From Endomicrobiaceae bacterium (lineage in GTDB: Bacteria; Elusimicrobiota; Endomicrobiia; Endomicrobiales; Endomicrobiaceae), in assembly GCA_028690485.1 (NCBI GenBank), contig JAQVBD010000002.1:13100-77099 (forward strand): a stretch of DNA of 64,000 bases, given 5' to 3'. Shown piece after piece: positions 46,796-55,855 of this stretch. A model generated the notes under the pieces. That model was not told where the DNA came from and did no database searches. It worked only from the letters and a program-made list of their open reading frames with translations. The translations under genes and the position numbers were made by a program. Within the stretch, counting starts at the first letter, position 1; each line of letters starts with the position of its first letter.

Positions 46796-48046
46796 TTATT
46801 TTATAATTTGTGTATTAGCAATAATCCCATTTATCATAACTGTAGAAGTACTATTAACAATATTTTTTGCTGTATCTGTGCTTAATATTATACTTTCTCG
46901 TACAGTTGTTGATGTACTTATAGCAATATCATTGTCTTTTATTTCATCTATAGATAAACTTTTAAGTTTTTCTATAGATGCTTCATGATTTTGATCTGCT
47001 GCCAACTTAAACCATTTTTTTGCTTCATCTGTATCTTGTGCTACACCTTCACCATTAGAATACATAATACCAATCATATATTGTGCTTCTTTATCATTAT
47101 TTGTTGTAGCTGCTTCTTTAAAATATTCAAAAGCAAGCGGATAATTTTGAGCAGTATTTAATCCTTCATAATAAACCACACCTAACATGTAAATAGCTTC
47201 TTTGTTATCACTAACTGAAGCTTGTCTAAAATATTCAAGAGCTGCCGGATAATTTTTATATCCTAAATCTCCATAATAATACATTAAACCTAATACATAT
47301 TCAGCATAAGAATTACCTTGTTTTGCCGCTCTATTATACCAATTAAAGGATGATTTATAATTTTTATTATTATAATAATATTCACCTAATTCAATTTGAG
47401 CTTTATCATATCCAGATTCAGCTGATTCTTTAAATAATTCTCTAGCTTTTTCTATGTTTTGGTCTACACCTTCACCTCTTTTATACATTTTCCCTAAACA
47501 ATACTGGGCTCTTCTATCATTTTGTTCTGATGCTTTTTTATACCACTTAACAGCTTCTTCAATATTTTTTTCTACTATTCTTCCGTTATAATATAACTCA
47601 CCCATTTTATATTGAGCATCAACATTAGCATTCTGTGCTGATTTCTGGTACCATTTTAAAGCTTCTTTTGCATCTTTTTTCACCCCTACTCCATTTTCAT
47701 ACATTTCACCCAAATAAAATTGTGCACTATTTTGCTCTTGAACTGCTGCTTTTTTATACCATTTTACAGCCTCTTCATCACTTTGGCGTATATCCCCGGT
47801 TCCACTAGCATGGAATCCGCCAACTTCATATTGTGCATTGGGATTGCCTTGTAAAGCTGATTTTTTGAACCATTTATATGCTTCTTGGTAATTCGGATCT
47901 ATTTCTTCTCCATTGTAGTACATCATCCCGATGTTATATTGCACAATCGGATCTTTTTCATCAGGGTTTACTTGGAAACAAAAAATATTTTTTAAACTAA
48001 TAAAAAATATTACTACTGCAACAGTTAATATTAATACCTTTTTCAT
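46796..48046 (-). CDS. secreted Sel1-like repeat (SLR) protein
   Basis: Signal peptide followed by about 9 repeats of the A.Y.LG.MY..G.GV..D...A..WY.KAA.QG type. S/T/I-rich C-terminal tail. Confidence 0.88.
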   Translation of the reverse strand: MKKVLILTVAVVIFFISLKNIFCFQVNPDEKDPIVQYNIGMMYYNGEEIDPNYQEAYKWFKKSALQGNPNAQYEVGGFHASGTGDIRQSDEEAVKWYKKAAVQEQNSAQFYLGEMYENGVGVKKDAKEALKWYQKSAQNANVDAQYKMGELYYNGRIVEKNIEEAVKWYKKASEQNDRRAQYCLGKMYKRGEGVDQNIEKARELFKESAESGYDKAQIELGEYYYNNKNYKSSFNWYNRAAKQGNSYAEYVLGLMYYYGDLGYKNYPAALEYFRQASVSDNKEAIYMLGVVYYEGLNTAQNYPLAFEYFKEAATTNNDKEAQYMIGIMYSNGEGVAQDTDEAKKWFKLAADQNHEASIEKLKSLSIDEIKDNDIAISTSTTVRESIILSTDTAKNIVNSTSTVMINGIIANTQIIK

Positions 48047-48078
48047 TTAAATACCCCTTTGTTTTTTTGTTATTAACT

Positions 48079-48966
48079 TTAATAATGCTTAATAACTTTT
48101 GTTTCCCTATTTTTAAAAAATTTAATCAATTCCAATATATATGGTTTGTCTGTTGATATGTCTATAACATCTGATTTTGATGTTTTAAAAATATTATTCA
48201 AATAACTATTATGTTCTTGGAAATTTTTATAGTATTCGTTTTGAATATCTTTTGATGAAAAATCAACATCTATACATAATCCAGTTTCTGCGTCTTCTAA
48301 TGTAAAAATACCTTTTTTAGGAATTTCTTGTTCTTTAGGATCTGAAATCTTAACACAAACTAAATCATGCTTTTTAGATGTCACTTTTAACAATTTATCA
48401 AAATTTTTATCTTGAAAATCTGATATTAAAAACACTAAAGCTTTTCTCTTACATAATTTATTTAAATATCTTAAAGCATTTTCTATATTTGTTTGTTTAT
48501 TCTGTGGCTTATAACTTAAAATAATATCTATTAACTTTAATATGTGCTTTTTATTTTTTTTAGGTTTTATATATTTTTCTACAATATCAGTAAAAGCCAA
48601 AAGTCCTGCCCTATCATTATTTTTTAGAGCAGAAAAAGCAAGGACAGAGGTTAACTCTGCTATCAATTCATTTTTTGTAATATTTTTACTACCGAAGTGA
48701 CCTGAAGCACTCAAATCTATAACAAACATTACTGTTTGTTCTCTTTCTTCATCATACTTCTTAATATAAGCTCTATCTCTTCTTGCTGTAACACTCCAAG
48801 AAATTCTTCTTATATCATCACCAGGAGCATATTCTCTAACTTCACTAAATTCAAGCCCATGACCTTTAAAAACACTATGATATTTCCCTGAAAAAACATC
48901 ATCAACAAGTTTTTTTGATCTAAGTTCTATCTTTTTAATTTTTGATAAAATTTCTGAATTTAACAA
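48079..48966 (-). CDS. DUF58 domain protein (vWA-like, MoxR partner)
   Basis: GHGLEFSEVREYAPGDDIRRISWSVTARRDRAYIKKYDEERE is the hallmark DUF58 motif. Confidence 0.88.
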   Translation of the reverse strand: MLNSEILSKIKKIELRSKKLVDDVFSGKYHSVFKGHGLEFSEVREYAPGDDIRRISWSVTARRDRAYIKKYDEEREQTVMFVIDLSASGHFGSKNITKNELIAELTSVLAFSALKNNDRAGLLAFTDIVEKYIKPKKNKKHILKLIDIILSYKPQNKQTNIENALRYLNKLCKRKALVFLISDFQDKNFDKLLKVTSKKHDLVCVKISDPKEQEIPKKGIFTLEDAETGLCIDVDFSSKDIQNEYYKNFQEHNSYLNNIFKTSKSDVIDISTDKPYILELIKFFKNRETKVIKHY

Positions 48967-49010
48967 TTATAAATTCTCCAAATATCAAATTATAATATTA
49001 ACTTTACAAA

Positions 49011-50006
49011 TTACGGAACTTCAACACCATCAAAAATTTGTTTTATTATATCATCACTTGTAAGTTCTTGAGCATCTGCATCATAAGTTGTAAGAATTCT
49101 ATGTCTTAAAACATCCGGGCCAATATCCTTAATATCTTCAGGAGTTACAAACCCTCTGCCATTTAAGAAAGCAAGAGCTTTACCTGCTAAATTAAGATTA
49201 ATTGTTGCTCTTGGTGATGCTCCAAAAGCTATAAGATTTTTTAATTCTTTTAGGTTATATTTTTCAGGTTTTCTAGTAGCAAAAACGATATCAACTATAT
49301 AATTCTTCACTTTTTCATCAACATAAATATCGTCAACAGCTTTTTTTGCTTCTTCTAAATCATGTAGTGTTATAACAGAATTTATTTCAATTTTTTTTCT
49401 CGTGGAGTATCTATCTAAAATTGTTCTTTCTTCCTGTTCAGTAGGATAATCTAATTTCAATTTCAACATAAATCTATCAACTTGAGCTTCTGCTAACGGA
49501 TATGTCCCTTCCTGCTCTATAGGATTTTGTGTTGCAAGAACTAAAAACGGATCCGGCAATGGATAAGTAACATCACCTATTGTAACTTGTCTTTCTTGCA
49601 TTGCTTCTAAAAAAGCACTTTGTACTTTTGCAGGAGCTCTATTAATTTCATCTGCGAGAATAAAATTTGCAAATACAGGTCCTTTTTTTACATTGAAATT
49701 TCCTTGTTTTGAATCATAAATTAGGGTACCAGTTAAATCTGAAGGTAATAAATCCGGTGTAAACTGTATTCTCTTAAAATCCCCGGAAACTGCCTTTGCC
49801 ATGGTATTTACAGCCAATGTTTTAGCAAGACCCGGAACACCTTCTAATAATATATGCCCATCTGACAAAAGACCAACTAACATTCTTTCTATAATATAAC
49901 TTTGTCCAACTATAACTTTTGAAACTTCATTCAATAATCCCTTAATAGCCAAAGATTGCTGTTTAACTTTTTCATTTAAACTTTTAATATCAACAGTTTC
50001 TGACAT
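49011..50006 (-). CDS. moxR: MoxR-family AAA+ ATPase
   Basis: ILLEGVPGLAKT (Walker A), ILADEINRAPAKVQSAFLEAMQERQVT and ATQNPIEQEGTYPLAEAQVDRF motifs. Confidence 0.94.
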   Translation of the reverse strand: MSETVDIKSLNEKVKQQSLAIKGLLNEVSKVIVGQSYIIERMLVGLLSDGHILLEGVPGLAKTLAVNTMAKAVSGDFKRIQFTPDLLPSDLTGTLIYDSKQGNFNVKKGPVFANFILADEINRAPAKVQSAFLEAMQERQVTIGDVTYPLPDPFLVLATQNPIEQEGTYPLAEAQVDRFMLKLKLDYPTEQEERTILDRYSTRKKIEINSVITLHDLEEAKKAVDDIYVDEKVKNYIVDIVFATRKPEKYNLKELKNLIAFGASPRATINLNLAGKALAFLNGRGFVTPEDIKDIGPDVLRHRILTTYDADAQELTSDDIIKQIFDGVEVP

Positions 50007-50112
50007 AATCCTACTCCTTTAAATAAAAATCATTTTGGCACTCTAAAACTTATAGTGCTAATTGTATAATTTTATAATCTAAAAATCAACATTATGTACA
50101 TATATTAATTCT

Positions 50113-50511
50113 TTAAATTATTAATTTTTTTTCTTTTTTTTTGATATCTTTCCAAAGTTTAATTACATCTTCTTCCGTTTTTACTTTGGATTTACCAAAA
50201 ACATGAGGATGTCTTCTAATAAGTTTTTTATTCAAATGTTCTATTACATCATAAATATCAAAAAGATTACTTTCTTTTGCTATCTGTGCATGAAAAACAA
50301 CTTGTAATAACACATCCCCTAACTCTTCTTTAATATTTTCAATATCTTTTTTTAAAATAGCTTTTTTTAATTCTCTGGATTCTTCAAACAAATATTTAAT
50401 GAGTGTTTCATGTGTTTGTTTCTTATCCCAAACACATCCATTTTTACCTCTTAACCGTTTAAAAATATCTACCAGTTTAAAAAAGCCTATATCTTTTTTT
50501 CGTTTTTCCAT
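50113..50511 (-). CDS. mazG: MazG-type nucleoside triphosphate pyrophosphohydrolase (single domain)
   Basis: [38 protein letters not shown] and RRHPHVFG motifs. Confidence 0.88.
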   Translation of the reverse strand: MEKRKKDIGFFKLVDIFKRLRGKNGCVWDKKQTHETLIKYLFEESRELKKAILKKDIENIKEELGDVLLQVVFHAQIAKESNLFDIYDVIEHLNKKLIRRHPHVFGKSKVKTEEDVIKLWKDIKKKEKKLII

Positions 50512-50528
50512 AATAATATTTTCCTAGT

Positions 50529-50557
50529 TTGACATTAGATTGTGCAAATGATATATT
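50529..50557 (+). promoter_or_regulatory. near-consensus sigma70 promoter for tRNA-Leu
   Basis: TTGACA (50529-50534), 17-nt spacer ending in TGa (extended -10), then TATATT (50552-50557). It lies about 35 nt upstream of the tRNA 5' end. Confidence 0.65.
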
Positions 50558-50591
50558 TTTTAGACTTAAAACTCAATAAATTCATATCTTT

Positions 50592-50674
50592 GCCGAGGTG
50601 GTGGAATGGCAGACACGCAGGTCTCAGAAGCCTGTCCCTGCAAAGGGGTGCGAGTTCAAATCTCGTCCTCGGCA
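50592..50674 (+). tRNA. tRNA-Leu (anticodon CAG), long variable arm, no encoded CCA
   Basis: Hand fold: acceptor GCCGAGG/CCTCGGC; anticodon stem CAGGT/GCCTG with loop CT-CAG-AA; variable arm CCC-TGCAAA-GGG; T arm GCGAG-TTCAAAT-CTCGT. Confidence 0.9.
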
Positions 50675-50733
50675 TATTACTACAACAGTTTTACATAAAT
50701 GAATAAGTTAATAAATACAATTTAAAGATATTT

Positions 50734-51645
50734 TTATTTCTGGGAAAAAATAGAAGTAAGTCCTTTCCACCACGGTAATCTCTTAGATTCCAATACTTTT
50801 AAAGTTCTCCCTTTCGAAACTTTAGAAATTCCAGTAATTAAATTAGCATATTCCACATATACATCATAGTAATTATCTTGTTCTTTTATATTATGTACAG
50901 GTGCTGCAAATGGTATCATTTCATTGTCTTTTATTGCACCAATCAAATGTCCTAAATAATGAGATATGTCTCTAGTATCTATAATCGTCACAAGTACCAT
51001 ATCTCCTTCTACAATATTTTCAACTTTCTTACCTGCATTATCTTCAAGTATCACAACTTCTAATTCTATAGCTACCATATCTTGAAAAGCAGATGTTCCC
51101 AAATGACTATCAGGAAGATAATTTGGAAGTTTTTTAAAATCTCTCAATGTTAATTCTTCTGCAACTATTTCTACTTGAATATCATTATCAACAAAAAATT
51201 CTTCGAACACATTTTCTAAATCATTAACTGTTAATATTTTATGTTGTTTTAAATTACTTGATATGAAATCTCTGAAATTAGTTTCTATAGTCTTTGTATC
51301 TTTTTCTGTTACACCAACAGCTAAACGATAAGAATATATAGCCTTTTCAAATGAAAACCAATCCATTGTTGCTGATTGTTCATAAATTACAGGATTATAA
51401 GTCATAACAGAACTAAATCTAAGTAAATCAAGATTTTTATTATTTGTTATTATATGTATTAAACCAAAGATATTTTCATTTTTTAATTTTATTTTAGCTT
51501 TATATGCTGTAATATATTTTAACATTACACCTATATTAATAATTGCTTGTTCAAGATTATCATTAGCAAGTTCAAGAGCTAACCTTGCTTCTGTTTCTTC
51601 ACAACCTGTATCTTCCATTAATACTTTTATATTTTCTGTTATCAT
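50734..51645 (-). CDS. hypothetical protein with N-terminal UBA/TS-N-like helical domain
   Basis: The N-terminus IKVLMEDTGCEETEARLALELANDNLEQAI resembles the EF-Ts N-terminal/NAC UBA fold. No family was recognised in the remaining ~260 aa. It starts 3 nt after the xerC stop. Confidence 0.55.
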   Translation of the reverse strand: MITENIKVLMEDTGCEETEARLALELANDNLEQAIINIGVMLKYITAYKAKIKLKNENIFGLIHIITNNKNLDLLRFSSVMTYNPVIYEQSATMDWFSFEKAIYSYRLAVGVTEKDTKTIETNFRDFISSNLKQHKILTVNDLENVFEEFFVDNDIQVEIVAEELTLRDFKKLPNYLPDSHLGTSAFQDMVAIELEVVILEDNAGKKVENIVEGDMVLVTIIDTRDISHYLGHLIGAIKDNEMIPFAAPVHNIKEQDNYYDVYVEYANLITGISKVSKGRTLKVLESKRLPWWKGLTSIFSQK

Positions 51646-51647
51646 TA

Positions 51648-52586
51648 TTATACTCTTGGATGAGTTTTATTATAAATTTTTCTTAAGCTTTCCAAAGTTA
51701 CATGTGTATAAATTTGTGTTGTTGATAAATTTTTATGACCCAACATTTTTTGAACACTTCTAATGTCACAGCCTCTGTCTAATATATGTGTTGCAAATGT
51801 ATGTCTTAAAGTATGTGGAGAAACTTTTTGAATATATCCTGCTTTAATAAACCAACCATGCAAAACTTTTCTTGCCCCTCTTGAAGTAATTCGTTTACCA
51901 AATCTATTTAAAAACATAGGCGAATTTATTTTACACTCTTGTCCAACTTTTCTTCTTTGATCAATATAATTTTTTATTGCTATTAAACACATATCTCCAA
52001 CAGGCACAATTCTTTCTGACGAACCTTTACCAAAAACTTTTACTGTTCCGGATAAAAGATCTATATCCTTTAAATTTGTACTAACAAGTTCTTCTATTCT
52101 GATACCGGAAGAATATAACAACTCTAACATTGCTCTATCTCTACAATCTATATCCGGCAAATCAAACAACTTATGAATTTCCTGCTCAGTTAAAAAAACA
52201 GGGATTCTTTTTTCTTTTTTAGGACTTGACATCGAAGCAATGGGATTTATATCAATAAGATTATTGATTACAAGAAATTTATAAAATGATTTTAAAACTG
52301 CAAACTTTCTAATAATTGATGCTTTTTTTAATTTTCTGTCATACAGAAAAACTAAATAATCTCTAACAATATTCTTTGTACATTTTGTAAGTTCAATATC
52401 ATTGTGAACGTCTTTTAAAAACTTAGTAAAATCATACATATCTATATAATATGCTCTAGCAGTATTTTGAGAATAATTTCTTTCTGCCTGCAAATATTGT
52501 ATGAATTGTTTTATTTCTTTTTTTTGACAGCTTTCTTCGTTGTTTTCTTTGCAACTTTCTTCACTGTCTGATCTTGTTTTATCCAT
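51648..52586 (-). CDS. xerC: tyrosine recombinase XerC/XerD family
   Basis: Core-binding region FIQYLQAERNYSQNTARAYYIDMYDF. Catalytic region HTLRHTFATHILDRGCDIRSVQKMLGHKNLSTTQIYTHV. The only in-frame start is ATG 52586, which overlaps the topA 3' end. Confidence 0.88.
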   Translation of the reverse strand: MDKTRSDSEESCKENNEESCQKKEIKQFIQYLQAERNYSQNTARAYYIDMYDFTKFLKDVHNDIELTKCTKNIVRDYLVFLYDRKLKKASIIRKFAVLKSFYKFLVINNLIDINPIASMSSPKKEKRIPVFLTEQEIHKLFDLPDIDCRDRAMLELLYSSGIRIEELVSTNLKDIDLLSGTVKVFGKGSSERIVPVGDMCLIAIKNYIDQRRKVGQECKINSPMFLNRFGKRITSRGARKVLHGWFIKAGYIQKVSPHTLRHTFATHILDRGCDIRSVQKMLGHKNLSTTQIYTHVTLESLRKIYNKTHPRV

Positions 52587-54721
52587 TGTAAATTCCTACA
52601 TTTTGGAAAAGCTGAACAAGCTAAAAAAGGTCCTCTTTTCCCAATTCTTTTCAACATTGGGCTACCACATTTTTCACACTTTATATCTGTTACTTCAGGT
52701 TCAGGTTTTATAACTTTATTTCCATTTTTATCAATTGAAAAAGTTGTTTTACATTCCGGATAATGTTCACAAGCTAAATATGGACCTCTAAACCCTCTTT
52801 TCTTTAATATTTGTCCACCACATTTAGGACATTTATCTTCTGTAACTTCCGGTTCATTACTAACTTTATTTCCATCTTTATCAATTGAAAAAGTTGTTTT
52901 ACATTCCGGATACCCGGAACAAGCCATAAATTGACCCCTTCTGCTATCTCTTATCAACATTGGCTTTCCACATTTTGGACAATTTTCACCTGTCATTTTA
53001 GGCTCTATTTTCTGCCTTTGTGTATTTTCTTCTGCCTTCGTCAGATAAGAACTAAAAGGATCATAAAATTTCTTTATAACTTCTTGCCATTTAATCTTAT
53101 TCTCTGCTATCTCATCAAATTGCTCTTCTATATCTGCTGTAAATTCATAATTAATAACATCTTTAAAATTATTTTTTAAGAAATTATTAACGACAGTACC
53201 CAAATCTGTTGGATAAAATTTCTTGTTTTCCAATCTGACATAAAGTCTGTCTAAAATTGTTTTAATTGTCGGAGCATATGTAGACGGTCTTCCTATGCCA
53301 TGTTCTTCTAGTGATTTAATTAAACTAGCTTCATTATATCTTGGTGGTGGTTCTGTAAAATGTTGTTCCGGTAAAATATTTAATAATTCTAAATTATCAC
53401 CTTTTAATAGTTTTGGAAGCTTAGGCTCCTGCTTATCATCATCAGCAACTATGTAAACTTTCATAAATCCTTCAAATTTAATAGTACTGCCACTAGCCCT
53501 AAACACATAATTATTTGCACCAATATCTATACCAACTGTATCATAAATTGAATCAGCCATTTGACTTGCAACAAATCTGCACCAAATAGCATTATAAAGT
53601 TTATATTCATCAGGTGTTAAATATTGTTTTAATATTTCAGGCGTTCTTTTTACAGATGTTGGCCTGATAGCTTCATGAGCTTCTTGAGCACCTTTGGACT
53701 TTGTTTTATAAAATCTTGGTGTTTTAGGCAGAAACTGTTTACCATAATCTGTTTCTATAAATTTTAATGTTTCTTCCTGAGCAACTTTTGCAACATTTAA
53801 AGAATCTGTCCTCATATATGTTATAAGCCCCACTACCCCTTGGCTGCCAATATTTATTCCTTCATATAACTTTTGCGCAACCATCATAGTTTTTGATGGA
53901 GAAAAACCAATTCTTCTAGATACATCTTGTTGCATAGTCGAAGTAGTATATGGACCATAAGGAGATCTCTTTCTCTCTTTTTCTTCTACGGATAAAACTT
54001 TATATTTTGCATTTTCTAATTCTTCTAAAATAGTTGTTGATTGTTGTTCTGTTTGTATTGAAAGTTTTTCAAATTTTTCACCGTCTTTTGATACAAGATT
54101 TGCTTTAAATGAAATCTCTTTTTTTGTTTTTTGAAGTTCTGCAATAATAGACCAATATTCAACCGGAACAAATTTGTTTATTTCTTCTTCTCTATCACAT
54201 ATCATCATAACAGCAACAGATTGTACCCTACCAGCGGAAAGACCTCTTCTAATTTTTTTCCATAAAAGTGGAGATAGTTTATAACCTACTAATCTATCGA
54301 GAATTCTTCTAGCTTGCTGACTATCAACTAAAGCCATATCAAGTTTTCTTGGAGTTTTTACTGCACTAGTAATAGCTTCTTCTGTAATTTCATGAAAAGT
54401 TATTCTGCTGGTGTTTTTATCAGATAATTTTAATAATTCTTTTAAATGCCAAGCAATTGCTTCTCCTTCTCTATCAAAATCGGTCGCAAGATATACATGA
54501 TCAATTTTTTCAACAGCTTTTTTTAAATCAGCAATCACTTTTTTTGATTTTACCATTGCAATATAAGTAGGTTTGAAATTATCTTCAATATCTATACCAA
54601 TTTTACTTTTAGGTAAATCTCTTATATGTCCAAAAGAACTTTTAACTAAATAGTCTTTACCCAATATTTTAGATATTGTTTTTTCTTTTGCTGGAGACTC
54701 AACTATTACTAGATATTTCAT
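52511..54721 (-). CDS. topA: DNA topoisomerase I with three C-terminal C4 zinc ribbons and Lys-rich tail
   Basis: LVIVESPAKEKTISKILG (Toprim), TDFDREGEAIAWH and ITYMRTDS (catalytic Tyr) motifs, plus three CPKCG/CEKCG...AC..(Y/F)P(E/K)C ribbons. Confidence 0.96.
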   Translation of the reverse strand: MKYLVIVESPAKEKTISKILGKDYLVKSSFGHIRDLPKSKIGIDIEDNFKPTYIAMVKSKKVIADLKKAVEKIDHVYLATDFDREGEAIAWHLKELLKLSDKNTSRITFHEITEEAITSAVKTPRKLDMALVDSQQARRILDRLVGYKLSPLLWKKIRRGLSAGRVQSVAVMMICDREEEINKFVPVEYWSIIAELQKTKKEISFKANLVSKDGEKFEKLSIQTEQQSTTILEELENAKYKVLSVEEKERKRSPYGPYTTSTMQQDVSRRIGFSPSKTMMVAQKLYEGINIGSQGVVGLITYMRTDSLNVAKVAQEETLKFIETDYGKQFLPKTPRFYKTKSKGAQEAHEAIRPTSVKRTPEILKQYLTPDEYKLYNAIWCRFVASQMADSIYDTVGIDIGANNYVFRASGSTIKFEGFMKVYIVADDDKQEPKLPKLLKGDNLELLNILPEQHFTEPPPRYNEASLIKSLEEHGIGRPSTYAPTIKTILDRLYVRLENKKFYPTDLGTVVNNFLKNNFKDVINYEFTADIEEQFDEIAENKIKWQEVIKKFYDPFSSYLTKAEENTQRQKIEPKMTGENCPKCGKPMLIRDSRRGQFMACSGYPECKTTFSIDKDGNKVSNEPEVTEDKCPKCGGQILKKRGFRGPYLACEHYPECKTTFSIDKNGNKVIKPEPEVTDIKCEKCGSPMLKRIGKRGPFLACSAFPKCRNLQWIKQDQTVKKVAKKTTKKAVKKKK
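52712..52912 (-). repeat. intragenic direct repeat in topA zinc-ribbon region (51 nt, period 150 nt, 1 mismatch)
   Basis: aactttatttccatNtttatcaattgaaaaagttgttttacattccggata occurs at 52712-52762 and 52862-52912. It encodes YPECKTTFSIDK(N/D)GNKV in two successive ribbons. Confidence 0.9.
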
Positions 54722-54736
54722 ATTATCCTCATTACT

Positions 54737-55855
54737 TCAACTATTTCTTATATAAATTTGTCCTGGCATAGCTTTAATAAATCCATTAAGTTCCAACTCT
54801 ACCAATATCGTAGAAAGCTCAGGAATATCAATTTCAAAATATTCGCTTAACTCATCTGTAGATATGCCATTTATTGATGATTCTATCATTTTTAAAATAT
54901 TTATACTATTTTTATCTTTAATATTACTCATATTTTCTGTTTTTAATTTTTTTTGTTTTTTCTTTTTACTTACCCATGTTGATAAAAGTTGTATTTCATT
55001 CACAACATCCTGCGGTTCTAATGCAATTAAAGAACCATTTTTTATTAAATTATTAGGACCTTTTGAATAAGCAGAAAATATTGGTCCTGGAACAGCAAAA
55101 ACATCTCTACCGTATTCTGTTGCAAGCTCTGCCGTTATTATTGCCCCACTTGAAGCAGTTGCTTCAACAACAACTGTTGCCATTGATAAACCTGCTATGA
55201 TTCTATTTCTTCTTGGGAAATGTTGTTTATCTGGTCTTTGTTGTAAAGGAAATTCACTTATAACTGCACAATTCTGACTTATTTTATCTTGTAATTTCTT
55301 ATTCTCTTTAGGATAATATTCTAATAAACCATTACCTAATACCGCTATTGTTCTACCATTATATTTTAATATTGATTGATGAGCTTCTGTATCTATTCCT
55401 CTAGCAAGTCCGGATATAACTGTTATTTCATTCTCTGCAAAATATTTACAAAAAGTAGATGTTACAGCTCTTCCATAATTTGTTGGCATTCTTGAACCAA
55501 CAACAGCAACTGATACAGAATCATTTTTTTTGATATTACCTTTAACATAAAGCACAGGTGGAAAATCATAAATATCTTTTAACGGTAAAGGGTAATTTTC
55601 TTCTGTATAAACAAAAATGTCTATACCATTTTCTTTTGCTAACGAAATTTCTTTATCTATTATATTTGAATCAACTGTATGTTTTATTGATAAAGCTATT
55701 TTTTCTGTTATTTTATCTACCATCTGCAAATCTTTTAAACTTGCAAATAAAACATTGTAAGCACTACCAAAATAATTACTTAGTGCTACTATTTTTTTTG
55801 GTCCAAGCTCTGCTACCATATTAAGTTTTATAATTGCTAACTTTTCTTTATCCAT
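54737..55855 (-). CDS. dprA: DNA-processing protein DprA (Smf)
   Basis: VAVVGSRMPTNYG, SGLARGIDTEAH and VVVEATASSGAIITA motifs. C-terminal winged-helix-like region. Confidence 0.92.
   Translation of the reverse strand: MDKEKLAIIKLNMVAELGPKKIVALSNYFGSAYNVLFASLKDLQMVDKITEKIALSIKHTVDSNIIDKEISLAKENGIDIFVYTEENYPLPLKDIYDFPPVLYVKGNIKKNDSVSVAVVGSRMPTNYGRAVTSTFCKYFAENEITVISGLARGIDTEAHQSILKYNGRTIAVLGNGLLEYYPKENKKLQDKISQNCAVISEFPLQQRPDKQHFPRRNRIIAGLSMATVVVEATASSGAIITAELATEYGRDVFAVPGPIFSAYSKGPNNLIKNGSLIALEPQDVVNEIQLLSTWVSKKKKQKKLKTENMSNIKDKNSINILKMIESSINGISTDELSEYFEIDIPELSTILVELELNGFIKAMPGQIYIRNS

Noticed and set aside
50592-52586. The tRNA plus tyrosine recombinase as the edge of an integrated mobile element.
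   Set aside because: The recombinase has XerC/XerD-type motifs and sits in the conserved dprA-topA-xerC arrangement. By eye I found no direct repeat of the tRNA 3' end, no phage or conjugation genes, and no composition break. The repeat search should still be run computationally.
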